A DNA stretch of 64,000 nucleotides from Candidatus Thermosaccharophagus gerlachensis. GTDB taxonomy: Bacteria > Armatimonadota > Fervidibacteria > Fervidibacterales > Thermosaccharophagaceae. This document shows positions 8,101 through 15,876 of the stretch, in pieces. Below the pieces are notes generated by a model. That model searched no databases. It was not told the origin of the DNA and saw only the letters and a program-made list of their open reading frames with translations. How positions within the stretch are numbered: the first letter of the stretch is position 1; every line of letters begins with the position of its first letter. The DNA is taken from NCBI GenBank assembly GCA_041538025.1, contig JBGOEV010000001.1, positions 14,205 through 78,204 of the forward strand, in the 5' to 3' direction. A program made the position numbers and the translations under genes.

Positions 8101-9686
8101 GCCATTGCCCATATGCAGCTTTTGCATATCCTTTCCTTTACCTGCGCCACTTCCTTGATGAACCGCAGTTTCATGAGCGAATAATAGTGAAAGGATTAAT
8201 CACATATTGCGAACTCATCCATCCGAGGATGGATAACCGTAAGATGTTAGGTCCTGTGAACCCGTTAGGTGAACCGATACGCCAGATAGACAATTCCATC
8301 TCAAGGCATCCTCTTGGGGCTTTCAAGTATGATTGGAGTAAACTGATTGAGAGGCTCATGGCAGAAGATACAACCGATGAAGAAGTTGACAAGCTACTCT
8401 ACTTCGCTGAAGAGGCAGCGAGCAATCGTCCGATGGCTTTCGTTGTGCCAATTCAATTGGCTCTCGGTTGGTATGATCCTAAGACACCTGCAGTGAAGTT
8501 TGAGGAACTCCCACCAACAGTTCTTTTTGATGGTGAGGGTGAAGTTGTCATGCGTTCAGATTGGTCAAAAGACCTGACTGAGGTTTGGTTTGCGTGCGGT
8601 GTCAGAGACCATGTCTATCGCCATCAACCAACGCACCTGCAGATAGCTAAAGCAGGGGAGTTCCTCTTAGGGACACTCTCAAGCTATGGTGACGACGGCA
8701 ATCCAAATCCGGGCAAGTCGTGGGGGAATGTCGTTGTCATTGAACCGTCAGATTGGCTTGAGAGGTGGGGAAATAATATCTCGCATCCGAGGGCTGAAGA
8801 GTTCCCGATAATAATGCGCTTTTCTGATGCCACATTCCGCTATATCGCAAGAGATAGGATTTTAGTTGGCTACGCGCCAGCTGAAGGTGGATATGGTGGT
8901 GGGCTTGACTTTCACGGTCATACTGAATCCGTCTACCTGCGTGAGGGTGAGATTTTGGCTTATGAGACACACCCGGAATTTGATTATGTTTGTGGTGACG
9001 CAACTAACTCATGGCTCCCAAGTCAAGCTGAAGAAGTTTATAGGCAGGTTGTTTTCATCCGCCCAAATGTGGTCATAGTCTACGACCGCGTGAAGCTTGG
9101 GGATGAGGCAAAGAGAGCTTTCTGGGTCGCTGCAGTTGGTGAGAAAGTTGAACTGCAAGAAGGCTTATTCAAAGTCCGTCAAGGTAATTCAGCAATGAAC
9201 GCTTACGTGCTCATGCCAACTAAATCACAGTTTCAAGTTTATGACCTTTCACAGCCAAGCAAATATACTACACCACCACCATTCACAATCAATTGGCGCT
9301 TGGCTGACAAAGTGACAGCTCATCAGAAAGTGATTGAGATTCATCCCGAAGGCGTAGGCAAGCAAGTTGAGTTCCTCATACTGATGAGCGTCGGTGTCGG
9401 CAGTGCTGAAGAAATATCACCGAAGCTTTCCGTCAGCTCAGCGGAGTGTGCCGTTGAATTCGCCTACAATGGCAAGAAGTATTGCGTGAGCTTCGCAAGG
9501 GACGGAGTCCCAGCAGGCAAGCTAACAATAACCAATGGGAAGCAAGTTACCAAGCACAGGTTTGTTCAGTCAATTGATGATAGTTATCGCCACTGGAGGA
9601 CCGATAAGAGGTTTAAGATGTGGATGACTGACAAGCGGTTTGAATTCATAATCCCCGAGAGGGATAGGAAAGCATTCGCTAAGTAA
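5115..9686 (+). CDS. Large secreted multidomain protein: CBM-like region, two YVTN-type beta-propeller repeat blocks and a C-terminal heparinase II/III-like lyase domain
   Basis: A GGAGGG RBS precedes the ATG at 5115, and the signal peptide is MKVRLVAVSFVLSCLVGYVALAAPQAKA. There is an internal duplication (GRIGIFD...GAINVGGYISDLVSD...FYASDALNDRVVIG versus GKVGVVD...GAVDIGGYVSDILAD...VFVADATNNRVVAID). The ASGGAYV motif is CBM-like. The C-terminal YRHQPTHLQIAKAGEFLLGTLSSYGDDGNPNP fits the heparinase II/III pattern H-x-H-x-D...G...D-x-G. Confidence 0.75.
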   Translation: MKVRLVAVSFVLSCLVGYVALAAPQAKAVLFSLPQVGAKAIWEAEQAVKVTPKDWEVRKEARASGGAYVRPLRFGEDVMLEFPVSVPNETSIMVYPLWWKHGERLPARRFPFPLEARPGPDVVVAAEKNLVLFTAPASGRIGIFDTLAKRSIGAINVGGYISDLVSDLKSGKFYASDALNDRVVIGSLRELRVVGEIKTPQAPWALDFSDGILYCVAREGRSIIAVDSRNDRVVAERKLDWSPMGVDASRKEEVFVWFKSFAINLANMSQVEPHFDVDLLSRREFIEVGRPGTVGARRYSRKPGVIIIEAWTDKGYERKEIDVKQVTGAQSIVKEVTPPLVNTSGPDVMCLVGNRLFFTSPVTGKVGVVDVTKGILEGAVDIGGYVSDILADAPRNRVFVADATNNRVVAIDAKDLKVVTSLNVDRMPIMLEAFIPPGFLRGCPLLLFVACHEGESVVTVDLPSLGIQSVIKTPFKPYHLRVVNPPDPGWWPLIPVDRIPLVALRASLFITPAPIALSKDGLKYLRTLVPAPWYRRSRVSLTQEVVKDVERVIMVENNHTVRISLRDAQGRWLSNEWFDVSDITDVQLMPDDLPVTARDKPGTITIALDDGSEFNWQRGIWQTPTQGIFLVNDTDEFWAWNAPKFRLSPGRHVIRVRAYSKYAYIDGLQVRRTLHGIVRMNVYGHSELPIEQRRYQSVFYADEPVELHIELTNLTRRTQRLNLNFTISDYMDREVVSGNRFVELEPNGKKVEVIRPALKQTGIFSLFVRVSSSDGDLFERHYFMRLPQLTRPRMLLRKEHIPEVEKRMQGYARLFERYFQWLRRQCDREGFLPAGVTKATFVPKLVDGKGGWRRYDLGWRMVATGFATLFAREPELRSFFMERVSELLKDGQADTYCTFHHHGPFFPGAVAILFDFAVASMGDTPEVQRIREFFRGYIGNMDVFPWTLAALDEPISIRERAILWHIMSWLVNVERYFSTHAGTRGGTRWLNPRTGCHCPYAAFAYPFLYLRHFLDEPQFHERIIVKGLITYCELIHPRMDNRKMLGPVNPLGEPIRQIDNSISRHPLGAFKYDWSKLIERLMAEDTTDEEVDKLLYFAEEAASNRPMAFVVPIQLALGWYDPKTPAVKFEELPPTVLFDGEGEVVMRSDWSKDLTEVWFACGVRDHVYRHQPTHLQIAKAGEFLLGTLSSYGDDGNPNPGKSWGNVVVIEPSDWLERWGNNISHPRAEEFPIIMRFSDATFRYIARDRILVGYAPAEGGYGGGLDFHGHTESVYLREGEILAYETHPEFDYVCGDATNSWLPSQAEEVYRQVVFIRPNVVIVYDRVKLGDEAKRAFWVAAVGEKVELQEGLFKVRQGNSAMNAYVLMPTKSQFQVYDLSQPSKYTTPPPFTINWRLADKVTAHQKVIEIHPEGVGKQVEFLILMSVGVGSAEEISPKLSVSSAECAVEFAYNGKKYCVSFARDGVPAGKLTITNGKQVTKHRFVQSIDDSYRHWRTDKRFKMWMTDKRFEFIIPERDRKAFAK

Positions 9687-9723
9687 AAGGCGAGTCAAGA
9701 CCATTCTACCACGAGACAGCGAG

Positions 9724-11304
9724 ATGTGTGTTGAGGTGGATAAGCTTATCCGTCATGTTGAAGACGAAAGTGAGCGATATTACTTCCACTATGGTGAAGG
9801 CTTCCTTTGGGAGAAGTTACCAGTTGGGACGAGGGTCATTTATCCACCGCCTACGCTTCCCCCGATCAAAGATGTAGATGAAGCGATAGAACATGCGCTT
9901 GAGCATCCATATGGTAGTGAACCGCTGTCGGCGCTCTTAAGGCGTGGCATGAAAGTCACAATAGCATTTGATGACATATCGCTTTCCTTACCCCCTATGC
10001 AACCACCAGATGTAAGGCAGCTTGTGCTCGAGAAGGTTTTGAACAAGCTATATGAGAAAGGTGTTGAGGACATACACATCATCGGTGCAATAGGTTTGCA
10101 TAGGCGGATGACACCGTCAGAGATAAAGCACATCGTTGGAAAAAGGGTCTTCGAGGCTTTCTACCCAGAGCGCCTTTACAATCACGATGCCGAAGATAAG
10201 GAAAACATAGTTTGGCTCGGGAAAACGGAGATGGGTGAAGATGTTGAGGTCAACAGGAGAGCAGTTGAATGTGATTTGCTCATCTATGTTAACCTGAACT
10301 TGACACCTATGGATGGCGGGCATAAGAGCATACCAACTGGCTTGGGAACATATCGCAGCATAAGGCATCATCACAACCCCGATGTGCTCCTCAAGACATC
10401 TCTCATGGATACAAGGCAATCGGAGATGCACCGCTCACTTGAACGCATTGATAAGCTGATACATGAGCATGTGCGAGTTTTCCACATTGAGACGACAATC
10501 AATAACGCTACCTTCCCATGGTATCTGCTTTATCTGCAGAAGGCAGAGCATGAACATACGGTTTGGGACAGACTAAACTTTCACATAAGCCGAAACGCTC
10601 TCAAGGTTATGCCGATATCTTTACGCAGAGCAATCTTCCATGCGACAAGAGCACCGTATAAGATGACAAGCATTCAAGCAGGCGATGTTGAGGAAGTGCA
10701 CAAGCACACGATTGAGAACTTGCGCAAACAACAAGTTGTGCCAGTTGATGGTCAATGTGACATCCTCCTCGCTGGCATGCCATACCTTGGACCTTACAAT
10801 GTCAACTCGATCCTGAACCCGATATTGGTTAATGCCCTTGGTCCGGGGTATATCTTTCACCTCTTCCTCAACAAACCGCTCGTTCGCGAGGGTGGTGTGC
10901 TAATTTTCACGTATCCGCTTCATGAGGACTTTCATCCAGTGCATCAAGTGCCTCACAAAGACTTTTACGAGCTTGTTCTGAAACGCACAAGGGACATGAA
11001 AGAAATCGTCGCACGTGAGGAGGAGTTTGCGACAAACCCAAAGTATATTGAGCTTTACCGCCACTCTTACTCATTCCATGGTGCACATGCCCCGTTTGAT
11101 TGGTATTGGGGTTATAGGGCGCAGTGTTACCTCAGCAAGATAATCGTGGTCAAGCCTAAAGTGAAACATGTGGCACATGTGCTCGGATATGAAACGGCGG
11201 ACAGCCTTAGCGAAGCAATTGAGATGGCAAAGGATGTAGTTGGTTCAAACCCAAGCATAACATACTTTCACATGCCCCCTATCTTCCTCTGTGAGGTGAA
11301 GTGA
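9724..11304 (+). CDS. LarA-like (lactate racemase N-terminal / DUF2088 family) protein
   Basis: KVTIAFDDISLSLPP, IGAIGLHRRMT, NHDAEDKENIVWLGKT..GEDVEVN and PMDGGHKSIPTGLGTYRSIRHHH parallel the LarA blocks (D-x-TR, GTHR, NHD, GG-x-K-x-x-PG, H). At 526 aa it is longer than canonical LarA. Confidence 0.6.
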   Translation: MCVEVDKLIRHVEDESERYYFHYGEGFLWEKLPVGTRVIYPPPTLPPIKDVDEAIEHALEHPYGSEPLSALLRRGMKVTIAFDDISLSLPPMQPPDVRQLVLEKVLNKLYEKGVEDIHIIGAIGLHRRMTPSEIKHIVGKRVFEAFYPERLYNHDAEDKENIVWLGKTEMGEDVEVNRRAVECDLLIYVNLNLTPMDGGHKSIPTGLGTYRSIRHHHNPDVLLKTSLMDTRQSEMHRSLERIDKLIHEHVRVFHIETTINNATFPWYLLYLQKAEHEHTVWDRLNFHISRNALKVMPISLRRAIFHATRAPYKMTSIQAGDVEEVHKHTIENLRKQQVVPVDGQCDILLAGMPYLGPYNVNSILNPILVNALGPGYIFHLFLNKPLVREGGVLIFTYPLHEDFHPVHQVPHKDFYELVLKRTRDMKEIVAREEEFATNPKYIELYRHSYSFHGAHAPFDWYWGYRAQCYLSKIIVVKPKVKHVAHVLGYETADSLSEAIEMAKDVVGSNPSITYFHMPPIFLCEVK

Positions 11305-12192
11305 GTGGCAAGCCCCGATGTTTTGGTCGTCGTAAACCCACTTGCAGGACGAGGTAGAGCTATAAGGCTCGCCGAGGATTTAAAGGTTGAGTTATCAAAA
11401 CTTAGCTTGAGCACCATCATAGTTTGGACAGCTGGGCGCGGGCATGCAGAGGAAATTACGAGGCAGTGGATAAAGAGAGGTGTTGGGTGCATTGCTGTTT
11501 GCGGTGGTGATGGAACAGTGAACGAGGTTGTGAATGTGCTCGTTGGTAAAGAAGTGCCAGTGGCAGTTTTACCTGGTGGTAGATGCTGTGACTTTGCGAG
11601 GGCGCTTCGCATGCCAAGATCGCCAAAGTTAATCGCGAACGCAATTGCACGGATGAAGACTTTGCGCGTAGACCTTGGAATGGTTGGGAAAAGGGTGTTT
11701 GCCACTGTGGCAACTCTCGGCTTTGATGCCGAAGTGACGAGGATCGTTTTTGAAGGAAGGTCTAAGTTTCACGGCATGCCAGCTTATGTATTTGCTGCAT
11801 TGTGCCTTATGAGTGTATATCGTTTCCCGTATGTGCACATCAAAGCTGACTTCGGTGAATTTGAAGGCAGGATATTGCTTGCAGCTACTGCAAACACACC
11901 TGCATATGGTGGTGGGTTGCTCATCGCACCAAGAGCGAGCATAACGGATGGCTTGCTAAACATGTGCCTCATAAGAGAGGCACCAAAGCTGTCAATCTTC
12001 CTTTACCTCCCAACTGTTTTCTTTGGGTTGCATACGATGCATAGCGCTGTCTCAATCCACACATTAAGAGAAGCGAGCATTGATTCACCACAACCGCTTT
12101 GGCTTTACGCTGATGGAGAGCCGATGAGCCTAACTCCAACAGAAATTAAAGTAGTGCCGTCTTCTTTGAATGTCGTAGTGGCGGAAACTTAG
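11305..12192 (+). CDS. Diacylglycerol-kinase catalytic-domain (YegS/BmrU-like) lipid kinase
   Basis: The motifs are VLVVVNPLAGRGRA...IAVCGGDGTVNEVVN...AVLPGG. The GTG start immediately follows the upstream stop codon. Confidence 0.8.
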   Translation: MASPDVLVVVNPLAGRGRAIRLAEDLKVELSKLSLSTIIVWTAGRGHAEEITRQWIKRGVGCIAVCGGDGTVNEVVNVLVGKEVPVAVLPGGRCCDFARALRMPRSPKLIANAIARMKTLRVDLGMVGKRVFATVATLGFDAEVTRIVFEGRSKFHGMPAYVFAALCLMSVYRFPYVHIKADFGEFEGRILLAATANTPAYGGGLLIAPRASITDGLLNMCLIREAPKLSIFLYLPTVFFGLHTMHSAVSIHTLREASIDSPQPLWLYADGEPMSLTPTEIKVVPSSLNVVVAET

Positions 12193-12267
12193 ACAAGCGT
12201 GTGAAGGATGGACATACTAAACAGGGCGTAGCAGTGCGGAGGTCTCCATATATCACTGCGAGAAGGG

Positions 12268-14118
12268 GTGGTGAAGATGCAATTGGTGCATGTGTTAACA
12301 TCCACCATCGTAATCCTCCAAGCCGGTTTCGCTTTCCCTTCATCCGATGAATGGGAAAAGCACATAAGAAAAGCTCATCCAAGGTTGCTTGTAACGCACG
12401 ATGGCTTCAAGGGTGTGAAGGAACTCATAGCTTCGAATACAGCTGTAGCGAAGCTTTATGAAACGGTGAGGACACAAGCGAAACGCATTCTTAACGAGCC
12501 ACCCTCGCGATATGAGATACCAGATGGGTTGAGATTGCTCAGCGTAAGCAGGCGAGTCCTCAACCGCATCTATACGCTTGCACTTGTTTACCAAATTGAT
12601 GGCGATGAGAAGTATGCTGAACGTGCTTGGAGTGAACTTGAATCTGCAGCCAACTTCCCCGATTGGAACCCGCGTCATTTCCTTGACACTGCTGAGATGA
12701 CGCATGCCTTCGCTATCGCTTACGACTGGCTTTACAGTTATTGGAGTGACGAGAGGCGCCAGAAATTAATCCAAGCTATTTCGGTCAAAGGGCTTGAGCC
12801 AGCATTAAAGGTTTATCGTGGTGGTGGTTGGTGGTCAAAGGCAAGGCACAATTGGAACCAAGTTTGCAATGGTGGCATTGGAATGGGTTCACTTGCCATA
12901 TTTGAAGAAAACCCGAAACTGTGTGGAGAGATACTGACACATGCCCTTAATTCAATCGTGCGTGCTATGAGTGAGTTTGCGCCCGATGGTGCTTGGGCTG
13001 AGGGTCCGGGATACTGGAACTATGCCACCTTTTACAATTGCGTTTTCCTCGCAGCCCTTGAGACGGCTACAGGGACCGACTTTGGGCTCTCAAAGATAGA
13101 AGGCTTCTCTGAGACAGGGTTCTTCCCGATTTACATTACCGGTCCACTCATGCGGACTTTCAATTTCGCCGATGGAGGTGACGGGACAATAAGAGCACCA
13201 CAGATGTTTTGGCTTGCACGCAAGTTCAACCGTCCAATATATGCATGGTATGCACGCACCACTACTGTTTCGCATCCACTTGACATCATTTGGTTCAATG
13301 AAGGTGGTGGTGACCCGATTGCTGAGAAGCTACCGCTTGATAAATACTTCAGAAAAGTTGAAGTTGCGACTATGCGCACTTCGTGGAACGACAGGGAAGC
13401 AACATTTGTAGCCTTCAAAGCTGGTGACAACAAAGCTAACCACTCAAACTTGGATATAGGCACATTTGTTCTGGACGCACTCGGATATAGGTGGGCACTT
13501 GATCTTGGTGCAGACAACTACAATCTCCCTGGATACTTTGGTGCGCTAAGGTGGTCATATTACAGGATGCGTGCTGAAGGACACAACACGCTCGTTATAA
13601 ACCCATCTAAGGAGCCCGATCAAGACCCAAGAGCTGCAGCGAAGATAATCCGCTTTTTCTCGGATGCCAATTTGGCTTTCGCCATCGCCGACTTAACACC
13701 AGCATACTCAGCTCATGCAGTTAGCATCAAAAGAGGCTTAATGCTCTTGCGAGATGCTAATCAAGTTATCATTCAAGACGAGGTGGAGCTAAAGCGTCCG
13801 GGCAGTGTTTATTGGTTTATGCACACACCTGCACAAGTCCAGTTGGACGAGAACGGTGCGACACTTCTGCAGGGCAATGCAAAGCTTTTGTGTCGCATAA
13901 TGACCCCCAACGGTGTAAGGTTTTCGGTGATGGACGCAAAACCACTACCTTCCTCACCTGACCCGGAAGGGCAAAACCGAAACGCAGGTGTGAGGAAGCT
14001 CGTGATCAAGCTTGACGATGTGGATAAGCTTCGCTTGTGCGTTTTACTTATCCCGCTTCGGGAGGGACAAAAACCACCTGCTAAGTTGCCACCAGTCAAA
14101 GCGTTGGATGAGTGGTAA
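12268..14118 (+). CDS. Heparinase II/III family polysaccharide lyase-like protein (secreted)
   Basis: It has an N-terminal signal-like segment. The alpha/alpha toroid-type N-domain carries HPRLLV...YTLALVYQIDGDEKYAERAW...FPDWNPRHFLDTAEM. The C-domain motif is NHSNLDIGTFVLDALGYRWALDLGADNY. The start may instead be ATG 12277. Confidence 0.8.
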   Translation: MVKMQLVHVLTSTIVILQAGFAFPSSDEWEKHIRKAHPRLLVTHDGFKGVKELIASNTAVAKLYETVRTQAKRILNEPPSRYEIPDGLRLLSVSRRVLNRIYTLALVYQIDGDEKYAERAWSELESAANFPDWNPRHFLDTAEMTHAFAIAYDWLYSYWSDERRQKLIQAISVKGLEPALKVYRGGGWWSKARHNWNQVCNGGIGMGSLAIFEENPKLCGEILTHALNSIVRAMSEFAPDGAWAEGPGYWNYATFYNCVFLAALETATGTDFGLSKIEGFSETGFFPIYITGPLMRTFNFADGGDGTIRAPQMFWLARKFNRPIYAWYARTTTVSHPLDIIWFNEGGGDPIAEKLPLDKYFRKVEVATMRTSWNDREATFVAFKAGDNKANHSNLDIGTFVLDALGYRWALDLGADNYNLPGYFGALRWSYYRMRAEGHNTLVINPSKEPDQDPRAAAKIIRFFSDANLAFAIADLTPAYSAHAVSIKRGLMLLRDANQVIIQDEVELKRPGSVYWFMHTPAQVQLDENGATLLQGNAKLLCRIMTPNGVRFSVMDAKPLPSSPDPEGQNRNAGVRKLVIKLDDVDKLRLCVLLIPLREGQKPPAKLPPVKALDEW

Positions 14119-14162
14119 GGTTGTTTTTGCTGTCACTCATAAAGACTGACTAAATGCGCATG

Positions 14163-14846
14163 CTAAAGCTTTGATGCTGCAGTTTTTGCATTCTTTACAA
14201 ACTCATCCATCAGTTCAAACGCTTTAACACCTCTTGATATCTCAACACCGCTTGAGACATCCACTCCCCAAGGTCTTACGCTGTATATTGCATCTTGGAC
14301 ATTCTTTGGGTTAAGCCCTCCAGCGAGTATCGTGCGTGCACAAAGCCGTTCAGTGAGGAAGCGTGCGTATCCCCAATGTGACAGCAACCCTGTTCCACCG
14401 TGTATGCCTTTCGTTGGCATAGCATCAAAAAGTATAACATCTGCCCCAGCTGACACATACTGTTGAGCTATCTTTAGCAAATCTTTTGCCAGCGCCTCAT
14501 CAAATGGTGCATCAGGTGGTGGTAGCTTCATCGCTTTCCATATCTCACAAGTTGTTAACTCTTTTAGCTTTCGGATTGCATCGGGCGATTCATCACCGTG
14601 GAGTTGGATTGCGTGTGGTTGAGCTTTTGAAAAAATTTCAACAAGCCTAACGCAATCCATGTTAACTGTCACGATAACGACAGGTAATTGCGATGTTCGT
14701 GAAAGCCTTACAGCTTCACCTTCACTCACAGAGCGCACAGATGATGGCACTCCAACAACTATTCCAACGAAATCAGCACCGGCTTTTTTCGCTGCAGCTA
14801 TGTCTAACTCACTCCTCATGCCACATATCTTTACTGCGATGTCCAT
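14163..14846 (-). CDS. trpF: Phosphoribosylanthranilate isomerase
   Basis: The motifs are MDIAVKICGMRSELDIAAAKKAGADFVGIVVGVPSSVRSV...QLHGDE...ILAGGLNPKNV...GVDVSSGVE. No other trp genes lie nearby. Confidence 0.85.
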   Translation of the reverse strand: MDIAVKICGMRSELDIAAAKKAGADFVGIVVGVPSSVRSVSEGEAVRLSRTSQLPVVIVTVNMDCVRLVEIFSKAQPHAIQLHGDESPDAIRKLKELTTCEIWKAMKLPPPDAPFDEALAKDLLKIAQQYVSAGADVILFDAMPTKGIHGGTGLLSHWGYARFLTERLCARTILAGGLNPKNVQDAIYSVRPWGVDVSSGVEISRGVKAFELMDEFVKNAKTAASKL

Positions 14847-14937
14847 AAGCTTACACCTTCGCTATGTTGAACTTAGTGGCAGTATCATAGCGATAATGAT
14901 GACGCGCTGTAGAACGGTTTATGGAGGTGAGCATAAG

Positions 14938-15876
14938 ATGGAGGTTGTTGCTATAGGTGAAATACTCGCTGAGGTGATGCGCCCTAATGTTGATATGCCA
15001 CTTGACCAACCGGGGCAGTTTATTGGTCCGTTTCCGAGCGGTGCGCCAGCCATATTTGCTGATCAAGTTGTTCGCCTCGGGCACAGCGCCGCGATAGTCG
15101 GGGCTGTCGGGAAAGATGACTTCGGCAAATGTATCCTTGAGCGCCTCAACAAGGATGGTGTTGTGACAAAGTATGTCAATGTTGTTGATGGAGTTGCAAC
15201 AGGCGTCGCATTCGTCGCATACTTCCGTGACGGTAGCAGGAAGTTCATTTTTCACTTCGGTAACAGTGCTGCTGGCTTCCTCCCAAGCGCTGACGAAGTT
15301 GATTTAACTGGCGTTAAGTTTGTGCACATATGTGGATGCACACTCACTGGCGGAGGTAGGTTGCGCGAAGAATGTTACAAGCTCGTTGAAAGGGCAGTCA
15401 AGCTTGGCATCTCAATCTCATTTGACCCTAACTTGCGCCCAGAATTGCTTTCGGATGTTAGCGCTGTGAGGGAGATTTGCAAACCAGTGTTAAGCCACGC
15501 AAGTGTTGTTTCAACGGGTTTGGCAGAGCTACTCGCCATAACAAACGAGAGCGATGAGAAGGCAGCATGCGAAAAGTTGCTCAATGAAGGTGTTAGCATT
15601 GTTGCATTAAAGCTTGGCAAGGCAGGCTGTCGCATTTACTCACAAGAGGCTTTCGTTGAGAGTTTGCCGTTTGATGTTGAAGCTGTTGATCCAACTGGTG
15701 CTGGCGATTGTTTTGATGCTGCAGTTGTTGTTGGATTGATTGAAGGAATGCCTCTTGAAGATATTGCTCGTCTTGCAAATGCCTGTGGAGCACTCGCAAC
15801 TACGAAGCTTGGTCCAATGGAAGGCACACCATGGAGAAAGGATGTTGAGAGGTTTATCTTGGGCTTTGAGAGGTGA
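14938..15876 (+). CDS. PfkB-family sugar kinase (2-keto-3-deoxygluconate kinase-like)
   Basis: I chose the ATG at 14938 because a GGAGGTGA RBS precedes it. The N-terminus is MEVVAIGEILAEVMRP. The C-terminal motif DPTGAGDCFDAAVVVGL is the PfkB signature. The longer ORF from 14659 would run antisense into trpF. Confidence 0.8.
   Translation: MEVVAIGEILAEVMRPNVDMPLDQPGQFIGPFPSGAPAIFADQVVRLGHSAAIVGAVGKDDFGKCILERLNKDGVVTKYVNVVDGVATGVAFVAYFRDGSRKFIFHFGNSAAGFLPSADEVDLTGVKFVHICGCTLTGGGRLREECYKLVERAVKLGISISFDPNLRPELLSDVSAVREICKPVLSHASVVSTGLAELLAITNESDEKAACEKLLNEGVSIVALKLGKAGCRIYSQEAFVESLPFDVEAVDPTGAGDCFDAAVVVGLIEGMPLEDIARLANACGALATTKLGPMEGTPWRKDVERFILGFER

Noticed and set aside
7647-8174. A 175-aa minus-strand ORF inside the giant lyase gene.
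   Set aside because: It is embedded antisense in a continuous 4.5-kb reading frame that has conserved lyase-family features. It has no RBS or motif.
11268-11705. A 145-aa minus-strand ORF antisense to the DAG-kinase-like gene.
   Set aside because: The plus-strand gene carries the GGDGT kinase motif. The antisense ORF is Ser/Thr/Pro-rich with no start context.
14659-14937. A 93-codon N-terminal extension of the PfkB kinase ORF.
   Set aside because: The extension runs antisense through the 5' end of trpF and has no kinase-like sequence. The ATG at 14938 has a GGAGGTGA RBS and gives the typical PfkB N-terminus.
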